Shown here: one piece after another, positions 27,601 through 36,497 of the stretch
How positions within the stretch are numbered: position 1 is the stretch's first letter
Layout of the letters: each line of letters begins with the position of its first letter
IMG/VR virus record: IMGVR_UViG_3300028602_000007
Coordinates: 56,755-120,754 of that record
Source: a virus
Taxonomy: Duplodnaviria; Caudoviricetes
Direction: 5' to 3' (one strand)
DNA length: 64,000 bases
Translations under genes and position numbers: made by a program
Notes under the pieces: generated by a model
Database searches by the model: none
Seen by the model: the letters and a program-made list of their open reading frames with translations, nothing else
Told to the model about the DNA's origin: nothing

Positions 27601-28172
27601 TATTTAGTTGATCTTAAAAAAACAACAGATAAATCATCAGTTGATGGATTATCAAAGTCTGTATCAGAATCAAATGAAATATCAATAGGTCCCTTATCGG
27701 TTCCTAAATCTCCAGCCAATACATCCTTTTTAAATTTTGAATATATTAGAGATGGCATTTTTCGTTTTCCTTCTAGCGCTGCTTTTATCTTTTCTGGGTC
27801 ATAGTCACCAGCATGAGAATCTATCCATTTAGTAAGTTCTTCTTTATCAATTGAATATGTCGAAAATCTTTTAGTTCCACCGTTTTTATCAGAATGTCCA
27901 TGCCATTTTTTATGAGCTGCATCTTGTATAAAAACAAATTTATACGGTTCAGCTGGCTTAGAAATAGCAGTTTGTTGATTTGGATCTTCTGGCAAGAATG
28001 GGTCCATTGCTCCACCAACAGAACCTAATGAATCATCAGTAGGCGGCATACTAGTAGAAGGAGGAATATCTCCAGCTGGAGATGGAGGAGGCGGAGCTGC
28101 TCCCATTGTATCATCCTGTTCTAAGATTAAATGTTTATTTTTAATAAACTCAGTATATCCTAATATTTCCAT
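27600..28172 (-). CDS. Hypothetical protein with capsid-targeting-like N-terminus and Pro-rich region
   Basis: MEILGYTEFIK...LILE; exact TATAAATA upstream at 28195-28202 (-). Confidence 0.6.
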   Translation of the reverse strand: MEILGYTEFIKNKHLILEQDDTMGAAPPPPSPAGDIPPSTSMPPTDDSLGSVGGAMDPFLPEDPNQQTAISKPAEPYKFVFIQDAAHKKWHGHSDKNGGTKRFSTYSIDKEELTKWIDSHAGDYDPEKIKAALEGKRKMPSLIYSKFKKDVLAGDLGTDKGPIDISFDSDTDFDNPSTDDLSVVFLRSTK

Positions 28173-28207
28173 GAAATTTTATTATTTTCAATATTATTTA
28201 TATAGAA

Positions 28208-28353
28208 TGGGAAGAGCTAACGTTAACTCTTCCCAAATTAGGCCTAATTTATAAGTATGAATACTAGGTTCTTGGTAGTAGGTGAGCTTGAAAACTTTCT
28301 AAATTGACTAGCTATCTATCAACAAACTATTTTATGTATATTGACTCATACTT
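28208..28353 (-). ncRNA. Candidate late-expressed structured small RNA (~145 nt)
   Basis: TATAAATA at 28359-28366 (-). The 5' end pairs with 28253-28262 (10 bp). Also a 16-bp palindrome at 28235-28250 and a terminal hairpin at 28208-28235. No plausible ORF. Confidence 0.5.
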
Positions 28354-28379
28354 TAATTTATTTATATGTATGCATTAGA

Positions 28380-29567
28380 TTAAACATTTTTAAAATCTAA
28401 TTTTAAATTTTTACGTATAAGATCAACTCTTAATATTTCAACATCTCCGCTATTTGGAATTTGAATTTTACCTTTTAAATAGTTCACATCTGTTGTAAAA
28501 ATACTATCGCCATCTGGCATTTCAACATCAATATGAAAATCGCTTTTATCTAAAGTATATTTTAAAGTTTTACCTTGAATTTTATTTTTAAAATCTTGCC
28601 AAGCTAAATTTTCTTCATTTACTTTTTCGAGTTTATCAGTGAACAAAATTCTAGGTTCACCTCTTTTTATTGTAATATCTTTAACATATACATCAATACT
28701 ACTATTTAAATTAGATAAATTTTTACAAAAATCGTCGTAATCTTCAAATTCAGTTTTATGTAATAACCCCGTAAAATAATTATTTAATTCAACAAAAATA
28801 CCAAATGAATATGGGTTAACTGTCATATTTCCAGTATACTTTTTACCGTATTCTAACTCATGTATTTTTATAGGTAAAGTCTTTTTAATATACTTTTTAT
28901 ATGAAACGATATATAAATCATTAGCTGAATCATAATTTTCAATGACAACTGGTAATTCCTTTCCTAAATATTCATCGAAATCTATGATTACATTAGCTGC
29001 AGCATGTGATCCTGGTAAAAAGCATTTTATTGTATTTTTATACAATGCTAAATACCCGCCTTTAACCAAACTGGTTATTTTTACAGTAAACCATTGATCA
29101 GATGACATGTGATCATTTAAATCATCTATGTATGTCAAAACAGCAGTTTGTTTTTCAGAGCCTTGATAATCTCCAGAATTAAGTTTAGTTATAATAACAT
29201 TAAATTCTCTAGAATCTTGATCATTTATTAAAATTTGTGGATCTTTTGAAAAGTCTCTAAATGGTATAACTATTCTAGCTTTAGAATATTTTTCTTCAGC
29301 GATAATTAGTTTTTCATCAAAGTTTATTGTTTTTGCTATTGCTATACATAATTGACCTTCTTTGAAATCTTTAGTCGCCTCATTTATCGGCAATCCACTT
29401 TTTACAAATCGATCATACAATTCTTGAGCATATGGCTCTTTGCATAAAATTTTAACAGAATTAGAATCAGTTTCATTTAATATAACAGTTTCGTTATATT
29501 TAGTGATTGACATAGTTAATGGATCAATTTCGTTATTGATCGCTTTCATAATTTGTAATTGGTTCAT
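28380..29567 (-). CDS. Ribosomal protein S1-like multi-S1-domain protein
   Basis: VKGGYLA...CFLPGS and FGIFVEL...GLLHKTE are S1/OB repeat motifs. Confidence 0.8.
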   Translation of the reverse strand: MNQLQIMKAINNEIDPLTMSITKYNETVILNETDSNSVKILCKEPYAQELYDRFVKSGLPINEATKDFKEGQLCIAIAKTINFDEKLIIAEEKYSKARIVIPFRDFSKDPQILINDQDSREFNVIITKLNSGDYQGSEKQTAVLTYIDDLNDHMSSDQWFTVKITSLVKGGYLALYKNTIKCFLPGSHAAANVIIDFDEYLGKELPVVIENYDSANDLYIVSYKKYIKKTLPIKIHELEYGKKYTGNMTVNPYSFGIFVELNNYFTGLLHKTEFEDYDDFCKNLSNLNSSIDVYVKDITIKRGEPRILFTDKLEKVNEENLAWQDFKNKIQGKTLKYTLDKSDFHIDVEMPDGDSIFTTDVNYLKGKIQIPNSGDVEILRVDLIRKNLKLDFKNV

Positions 29568-29604
29568 AAAAATATTTTTAAAAATAACTTAAATTATCTA
29601 TTAA

Positions 29605-29631
29605 ATTATATCTATTTAGATTAATAAGTTT
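29605..29631 (-). promoter_or_regulatory. Putative early/middle promoter for the S1-like gene
   Basis: AAACT-N16-TATAAT. Confidence 0.55.
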
Positions 29632-32600
29632 TACACTAAATGGGGAGTAATGTGTACAATTGGAAAAGTTGGAGAATATGGTAATAATGCAGGAGTTTTA
29701 CTTTGAAAAATCAATGATCCAGTTGCATACATTGATCCTCTCCAAGCAATTTCATCTAAAAATATAGCAAACAATGGGTTTTTATATGTTAATCTTTCCC
29801 ATGGAGGTAAATCATCTGAATTCATAATAGGATGTAATAATCTAGCGCCCAATGTCGGTAGCCAATTTGTAACAGGAGATGATAATGAACATAATGCAAT
29901 TGTTCCAAGCCATGCAACTTCCTTTAAAACAGGTTCAATTTTTTCTAAATTTGGAATAAGATTATCTTGTATTATTTTAAATGCATCTTCATTTATTATT
30001 TTGACTTTCATTGATGGCGGAATTATTGAATCTATTAAAATTTTTGCTAATTTTAATAAGCTTAAATTTGGAATAGCTGCTTCAATAATATTAAAACTAA
30101 AACTATTTAATGATACCATTAAATTTGATAATAATTTAACTATATTAAACAAAGGTTTTGTTATCTCAGAATATACTGCATTAATAATTGTCCTAATAAA
30201 TTCAATAATATCATTTCCTGTAATTAAATGGAAGTAATTTTTCGTATCTAGTGCTAATAATGGTAAAGTTAATAATTCAATAGAAGTATCATCATTTAAT
30301 GTTAAAATTACATTAAAAACAGGATCAGTAGTTGATGAAGTTCCGTCCGCGGTATCAAAAGTAATCCTTTGCCCAGTCGGGACTCCTTCAGAATTTACAA
30401 TAATAGATAAAGTTGAATCTATTCCACATGATACTGAGAATATTTGTTTAGTCGTTTCTACATCAGACTCATTTTTTGAAAAAACTTTATTAGAATTGGA
30501 AAGATTAATTGTTTCTATTCCATCTTTTTCTATTTTTTTAATAGTACCATCTAAATTATAAACAGTATTAACTTCATCAATTAGTTTAAATATTGATTCA
30601 ATAATATTTGGAACTAAACTCTTAAATATAGGTTTAATTATTGTATCTAAAGGGATTGTCATTGGAACAATAATAGGTTGCAGTGGATTAATTGCTTTAG
30701 GAATAGATATTAATAACAATATTGGCATTAAAAAAGCTTGTATTAAAATAAGTAAATTTGCTGGATTTGGTAAAGAAACATTAGGTATTGAGATAACTAA
30801 ATTATCAAACACATTTAATAAAAATGAAGTTTGAACTTTACTATTTGTTAACCCTAAGATATTTTTAATTGAAATTTCGTCTAATTCATTTATTATAGCA
30901 TGCATAAAAGTTGATAAAGAAGAAAAGGCGATAGTTAATAATGGCGGAATTCCAGTGAATACTGAGTCAGTTGATATTTCACAACACTTTTTAGAAAAAT
31001 CAAATATTTGTATTTTAGGTAAGTTTAATAAACCCAATGCAGTAAAAGACAATGATTCTTTAGCTAATTGTTGACGCTCTTTATTTGATTTAATTATTTC
31101 AGCTTTTTCAGTTTCATTACTTGCCATAGAAACATCAAATGAAACATCCTTACCTTTTAAATAATTTAAAGTTTCATCTACTATTTTATGTAAAGCCTGC
31201 TGTATATCAAATAAACCAGAGTCAGTTGATATATCAAAAAATTGCTTATTTGTAATATTTGACATATCAATATTACCAATTGCTTGTTTCATTTTATGAT
31301 TTAAACTTAATGCTGATTTTTCAATTTTTAAATCACCTAATGATGCTAATGTAATGAGATCTAATATTGAAGTTATTGCTTCTGGTAAACCTGGATTATT
31401 CTTAGTAGGATCTTTAGGGAACGTTATTGTTCCGAATTTAATATTTTCAATATGTTTATTAAAGTCAGCTAATGTTGATTCAATTTTTTCATTAAGAGTA
31501 ATTGTATTAATTCTTCTAGCTTTATATTTTTCTATTCTTTTTTTATTTAATGCAGTTTCTTTTTGTGCAAGCTTTAAAGCTTCAACTTTTTCAATTCTTA
31601 ATCTTTCTCTTAACTGATTTATATTAGAAGTTTGCATTTCTCCTAATTTTGTAAGTTGTCGATTTATTGTTCCCTTTAGGTTATCGAGCTCTCTAAAAAA
31701 TTCATCACTAGGTTTAGCATCTACAAACTCTTTCATTATTTCTAAATCGCTTTTATAAAATTTAGAGTATTCATCAGTTTTCATAGAAAATGGTAATTCT
31801 TCACCATTGATATTTGTAATTTTTTGATTTTTACCAGAAGCAAGGTCTGCTGCAATTTTAGTAAGACGGTCAGCTTTAGATAAAGCCGCTCCAATAAACA
31901 ATGGCTGTATTAATGAACCTTTAATTAAATATCCCTTATATGGATTAGACGCAGTTAACCCTATTGGATTTTGTGAATTTGATGAATTATCTAATTCAAA
32001 TCCAAATAATAAATTTTTAGTATTACTCCATAAAGATGGCAAATTCGTTGCTAATACTAAATATTTTGTACCATCTGGTGCAAAATAAAACAAATAAATA
32101 GAAGGTAATGGAATTCCAATTGGTGCAATCGGAAAATTTAAAAAACAAACAAGAGTTCCTACAGCAGTAGGAATAACAAATAAAGGTTTCCATATTGGAG
32201 GAACTGTTATTAATGCTAAAGCTGGCCCTGCTGGTAAAATACAATTAATTGGCCAATATCTAAATCCTAAATTCGCAGGAGGAGGCCCAGTTAAATCTGG
32301 AAATGGTAATAATGAAATTTTATTTAGTGATTTTGCAAACTCTTTCCAATAGCATTGAGACCCTATATCAGGTAATCCAAAATTTAATGAATTTAGAGTC
32401 CGTAAATATAATGGATCTTCTCCTAATTTTTCTTTTGCTGAATTTTCACATTCTGGTGCAGTTTGTGGATTTAAATTGGCTGCTTCTGTAAAACATGGTA
32501 TTTCTGAAATTTTTTCACCAATTTGAGATTCATCTAAAATATTATTAGATATTAAATTATTTAAATTTTCTAATTCAGAATTAACTTTTTTTAAAATAGA

Positions 32601-33767
32601 AGTTATATTTTCTAAATTAATTAAAAAATATTCTAAAATATTATCGAAACCTAATAATAATCTAGTTCGAATAGCATCAGCCGCTTCTCTTTTTGCTAAA
32701 TTTGATAATTCTTCTAAAATTGGAGAAGTTATATTTGGGTAAACAACACTCTTTTCTTTTTCTACTCTAATGTTATATTCATCTTTTAAATTTTCATAAA
32801 ATGATTCATATACTTGTTGATCTGCTATATAATAAGTTATATCATCTTCAACTAATGTGGTTGGTGCATCTTGTATATCTTTTAAAACTGGATCAACTTG
32901 TTCTGAATCTAAACTTAACCCTCTTTCTTCTAAAGTGAATAAATATTTTAAAGGTTTTGCTAATTTCTTATAAAGACCGATATAATCATTATCTTCTATC
33001 CCAGTATATAATAATCCAAGTAAACTATCATAATCAGATTCTTCAATTGGAGGATTATTTGAAGAATTTGGATCATATGCTTCTTGATTTATAATATTAA
33101 AGTATTCATAACTTTTAAAAATATCATTTATTAAATATTCACTATCTTTTATTAAAATAGTATTTTTTTCAGATTCATTTGTTTCAGGATTAATTAAATT
33201 AATAATAATTTGATCCAAATTAATTAATCTAAAATCAATTGTTGTTGTTCTAATCGGAAAACCCGATCCTATTCCCCAAAAATTAACAATCAATTGATTT
33301 GATAATTTTGAAAAAGTCTTTTGTATTAAATTTTTTGCAAGCGGACTTAATATAGGTAATGGTTGAATTTTTTGTAAAGCTTCTCTAACTGCATTAAAAC
33401 CTTGATTATTCGCTAAATTGTTTAACTCTAACGCAGTTTGGTATCTTTCATTATAATAAAATTTAATAATTTCTAAATTATCTTTTAATTCATTAACTTT
33501 TGATCTAACAATAGTTTGGTGAATCCCTGGAATAATATTTTTCTTTTGGTCTTCTATTATTTTTTGAATTTCATCAATTCCACTAGACATACAATCAATT
33601 TGTGAAGTATCTAATTCAATGTTTGGTGAAAATTCATCAACTTCAATTGGAGTAACTTCGGATATACATGCTTTAATATTATCAAAATCTTCTTCAGAAA
33701 AACCAAAAGACGAGGTTTTACCACAATGAACTTTATTAATTAAAGTTTTAAAATCAAGGATTTCCAT
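29631..33767 (-). CDS. Large hypothetical protein with Pro-rich hydrophobic segments
   Basis: 1378-aa ORF; family not recognised. Confidence 0.7.
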   Translation of the reverse strand: MEILDFKTLINKVHCGKTSSFGFSEEDFDNIKACISEVTPIEVDEFSPNIELDTSQIDCMSSGIDEIQKIIEDQKKNIIPGIHQTIVRSKVNELKDNLEIIKFYYNERYQTALELNNLANNQGFNAVREALQKIQPLPILSPLAKNLIQKTFSKLSNQLIVNFWGIGSGFPIRTTTIDFRLINLDQIIINLINPETNESEKNTILIKDSEYLINDIFKSYEYFNIINQEAYDPNSSNNPPIEESDYDSLLGLLYTGIEDNDYIGLYKKLAKPLKYLFTLEERGLSLDSEQVDPVLKDIQDAPTTLVEDDITYYIADQQVYESFYENLKDEYNIRVEKEKSVVYPNITSPILEELSNLAKREAADAIRTRLLLGFDNILEYFLINLENITSILKKVNSELENLNNLISNNILDESQIGEKISEIPCFTEAANLNPQTAPECENSAKEKLGEDPLYLRTLNSLNFGLPDIGSQCYWKEFAKSLNKISLLPFPDLTGPPPANLGFRYWPINCILPAGPALALITVPPIWKPLFVIPTAVGTLVCFLNFPIAPIGIPLPSIYLFYFAPDGTKYLVLATNLPSLWSNTKNLLFGFELDNSSNSQNPIGLTASNPYKGYLIKGSLIQPLFIGAALSKADRLTKIAADLASGKNQKITNINGEELPFSMKTDEYSKFYKSDLEIMKEFVDAKPSDEFFRELDNLKGTINRQLTKLGEMQTSNINQLRERLRIEKVEALKLAQKETALNKKRIEKYKARRINTITLNEKIESTLADFNKHIENIKFGTITFPKDPTKNNPGLPEAITSILDLITLASLGDLKIEKSALSLNHKMKQAIGNIDMSNITNKQFFDISTDSGLFDIQQALHKIVDETLNYLKGKDVSFDVSMASNETEKAEIIKSNKERQQLAKESLSFTALGLLNLPKIQIFDFSKKCCEISTDSVFTGIPPLLTIAFSSLSTFMHAIINELDEISIKNILGLTNSKVQTSFLLNVFDNLVISIPNVSLPNPANLLILIQAFLMPILLLISIPKAINPLQPIIVPMTIPLDTIIKPIFKSLVPNIIESIFKLIDEVNTVYNLDGTIKKIEKDGIETINLSNSNKVFSKNESDVETTKQIFSVSCGIDSTLSIIVNSEGVPTGQRITFDTADGTSSTTDPVFNVILTLNDDTSIELLTLPLLALDTKNYFHLITGNDIIEFIRTIINAVYSEITKPLFNIVKLLSNLMVSLNSFSFNIIEAAIPNLSLLKLAKILIDSIIPPSMKVKIINEDAFKIIQDNLIPNLEKIEPVLKEVAWLGTIALCSLSSPVTNWLPTLGARLLHPIMNSDDLPPWERLTYKNPLFAIFLDEIAWRGSMYATGSLIFQSKTPALLPYSPTFPIVHITPHLV

Positions 33768-33811
33768 AAAATGTTTTATTTAAATTATCTATTCGATATA
33801 TTTAAAATAAC

Positions 33812-33843
33812 ATATGCCTAGTATTTTTATACACTAGGCATAT
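33812..33843 (-). terminator. Hairpin, probable terminator after groEL
   Basis: ATATGCCTAGT/ACTAGGCATAT 11-bp inverted repeat. Confidence 0.65.
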
Positions 33844-33867
33844 TGTTTAATAGATGGTTATTTGTAA

Positions 33868-35472
33868 TTATTGAGCAGTTTTATTATTTTCATTAGGTTT
33901 ACTAACAATTAAACAATCAGTTGTTAATAATAATGAAGAAATTGATACTGCATTTTCTAAAGCAGTAATAGTTACTTTAACTGGATCAATTACTCCCATT
34001 TTAACTAGATCTCCGTATTCTTCGGTTTTTACATTAAAACCAAAATACTTATTATCTACAGAATTTGTAGATTTAATTTTATCCCAAACAACATCTGAAC
34101 TTATTCCAGCATTTTCTAAAATAATTCTAAATGGTTGTTGACATGCTCGTTTAAGTAAATCAATACCTAATTGTTGATCTCTATTATCAAGAGTAAGAGT
34201 TAATCTATCTGCAGCTAAAGCAAGTGGAGATCCTCCACCTGGAATTATTCCGTTAGCAATTGCTGCTCTAGTTGCACCAAGTGCATCATCAATGCGATCG
34301 GCTTTTTCTCGAGCTTCAATTTCAGAAGTTGCACCAATTTTAATAATTGCAACTCCTCCTTCAAATTTAGAAAGCCGCTCTTTTAATAAAAGTTTAGCAG
34401 ATTCATCTTTTGCATTATTAATTTGATATTTTATTTCTTGAATACGTTCTTTAATTTTAGAAGAATCTCCATTTCCACCAATCATTATAGTTTTTTCATT
34501 GGTTATTTCAAGTCTATCACACGAACCTACATATTCTGAAGCAACTGCATCTGATAAAGTAACTCCTTCTAATTGGGAAATTAAAATACCGCCAGTCAAG
34601 ATTGCCATATCTTCAAGCTGGTGTTTTTTTAAATCACCATATCCAGTATACCGAATAACAGCTGCTCTTATTTTACCTTTAATTTTATTAAGAAGCATTG
34701 TGTTTAATGCATCACCTTCCATTCCATCACAAACGATTAAAATAGGACGACCTTGTTGATTTGAATATTCTAAATATTGAAGTAGTTCTTTTAAATTTGA
34801 AATTTTACCATCATAAAATAAAATAATTGGATTATCAAATTCAACTGTAGAATTTTCAATATTTGTAATAAAATATGGTGAAAGATACCCTACGTTTAAT
34901 TGTAATCCTTCTACTATATCTACATAAGTTTCAGTAGTTTTACTTTCACCCATAGTAATAATTCCGTCAAATCCAACTTGTTCAATTGCATTTGAAATTA
35001 ATTCACCAATTATTTCATCGTTATTTGCTGAAATAGTAGCAACTTGTTTAATTTTAGTTAAATCTTTAACAGGAATACTTTGATTATTCAAATCCATTAT
35101 GATTTGTTTAGAGGCAAGATCTATTCCTTTTTTTAAATCCATCGGATGCGCTCCTGAAAAAATTAAACCATTTCCTTCATTAAATATAGAACTTGCTAAT
35201 ACAGTAGCAGTAGTTGTTCCGTCTCCTGCTTCTAGTGACACTTTATGTGCAACTTGTTTAATCATTTGTGATCCAACATCATTTACATAATCTTCTAATT
35301 GGAATTCTTTTGCAACAGTTACTCCGTCTTTTGTAATAGCTACACTATTATCTCTTGCAATTACTACATTTCTACCACGAGGGCCCAATGTTACTTTAAC
35401 TGCATTAGATAATGAATTGATTCCAGTTAATAGTGAATCTCTAGCAGATGTATCAAAAAGTACTTTTTTCAA
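33868..35472 (-). CDS. groEL: Chaperonin GroEL (TTG start, no GGM tail)
   Basis: VTLGPRGRNV, ITKDGVTVAKE, GDGTTTATVLA, DDALGATRAA, GIIPGGG, VIDPVKV. Confidence 0.97.
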   Translation of the reverse strand: MKKVLFDTSARDSLLTGINSLSNAVKVTLGPRGRNVVIARDNSVAITKDGVTVAKEFQLEDYVNDVGSQMIKQVAHKVSLEAGDGTTTATVLASSIFNEGNGLIFSGAHPMDLKKGIDLASKQIIMDLNNQSIPVKDLTKIKQVATISANNDEIIGELISNAIEQVGFDGIITMGESKTTETYVDIVEGLQLNVGYLSPYFITNIENSTVEFDNPIILFYDGKISNLKELLQYLEYSNQQGRPILIVCDGMEGDALNTMLLNKIKGKIRAAVIRYTGYGDLKKHQLEDMAILTGGILISQLEGVTLSDAVASEYVGSCDRLEITNEKTIMIGGNGDSSKIKERIQEIKYQINNAKDESAKLLLKERLSKFEGGVAIIKIGATSEIEAREKADRIDDALGATRAAIANGIIPGGGSPLALAADRLTLTLDNRDQQLGIDLLKRACQQPFRIILENAGISSDVVWDKIKSTNSVDNKYFGFNVKTEEYGDLVKMGVIDPVKVTITALENAVSISSLLLTTDCLIVSKPNENNKTAQ

Positions 35473-35488
35473 ATTTTAAAAATTATTT

Positions 35489-36238
35489 TTATTTAAAAAT
35501 TATTGTAGAATCATCAAATTGTTCAATCAAACTTAGTTTAAAAATTACACGAATTAATGAAATTACATCCATATTACAATAATCTTTAATTTTATCGATA
35601 TTTCCATTATAAAAATTATAATGAACTTGATCTCCAGACATTTCATCTTTAGGAGATGGTAAATCTAAAACATTACATAATAAATCTAATGAAGTAAATC
35701 CTTCTTGCCATGCACCAAAACTCCATAATTCTGATGTATCTTTAATATTAATTTCCCAAGGTTTCTTATCCCAAATCTGAAAGGGTAAAGCTGGCTCCAT
35801 ATTGTTGATAAGAAATCGTTTTGCTAAAAATGGAATATCGAAACGTTTAACATTATGACCAATTGGTATCATTTTATGTTTATGCATACCATTAAAAACC
35901 CTAAGAGCTTCTTTCAAAACAAAAGTTTCATCTTCATTATGATAACTTGCAATTTGAATAATAGGTTTTTGTTCAGGGTTATCATCACTAAATTTAACTC
36001 GGCCAAATGAAATTCCTACAACTTTCCCAAATTCAGCTTGAAGGCCTGCTTTTTCTAAAAATAATTCAGAATCAGATTTTTCTAAATTTTCTGGATGAGA
36101 TTGAATCGTTCTTATATATTCACAACGTTTTTGCCATAATTTTTTCATATTATTTGGCAAATCATTAAATTCTTTTTCTGATCCAGCTGTTTCTATATCA
36201 AAAAATAATAATTTTTCGATTTCATATTTAGTAAACAT
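35489..36238 (-). CDS. Stand-alone PolB-related 3'-5' exonuclease (DEDD)
   Basis: FFDIET, GHNVKRFDIPF, KKPWE...DTSELW...SLDLL, YCNMDV. Confidence 0.85.
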   Translation of the reverse strand: MFTKYEIEKLLFFDIETAGSEKEFNDLPNNMKKLWQKRCEYIRTIQSHPENLEKSDSELFLEKAGLQAEFGKVVGISFGRVKFSDDNPEQKPIIQIASYHNEDETFVLKEALRVFNGMHKHKMIPIGHNVKRFDIPFLAKRFLINNMEPALPFQIWDKKPWEINIKDTSELWSFGAWQEGFTSLDLLCNVLDLPSPKDEMSGDQVHYNFYNGNIDKIKDYCNMDVISLIRVIFKLSLIEQFDDSTIIFK

Positions 36239-36266
36239 TTGATTAATTTTTTATTAAACTTACTTT

Positions 36267-36293
36267 TTTATACTTATGAAAAAAAATAAGTTT
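36267..36293 (-). promoter_or_regulatory. Putative early/middle promoter for exonuclease-groEL
   Basis: AAACT-N16-TATAAA. Confidence 0.55.
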
Positions 36294-36299
36294 TTACTT

Positions 36300-36320
36300 G
36301 CGCCCGCGCCCGCGCCCGCG
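36300..36320. repeat. GC-only hexamer repeat (GCGCCC)x3.5
   Basis: GCGCCCGCGCCCGCGCCCGCG inside an extremely AT-rich intergenic region. Confidence 0.9.
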
Positions 36321-36369
36321 TCTTAGAATCTTAAGATTTTAAAATCTCTTTTTTTTTATTATTTAAGTA

Positions 36370-36390
36370 TTCTTAGTTCTTAGTTCTTAG
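36370..36390. repeat. (TTCTTAG)x3 tandem repeat
   Basis: Three exact copies; further TCTTAG/TCTTAA at 36321-36334. Confidence 0.85.
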
Positions 36391-36421
36391 AATTTCTTTT
36401 CTAAACCCTCCCAACACCCTT

Positions 36422-36477
36422 ATTATATAGTGAAGCTAAAAAAGGTTTTAAAACTAATTTTATTTTTTTAATAAAAA
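36422..36477. promoter_or_regulatory. Back-to-back AAAC(T/C)-N16-TAnAAw promoters sharing the palindrome GTTTTAAAAC
   Basis: Minus: AAACC(36448-44)-N16-TATAAT(36427-22). Plus: AAACT(36451-55)-N16-TAAAAA(36472-77). Confidence 0.55.
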
Positions 36478-36497
36478 AAATAAAATGTTTAATTTTA

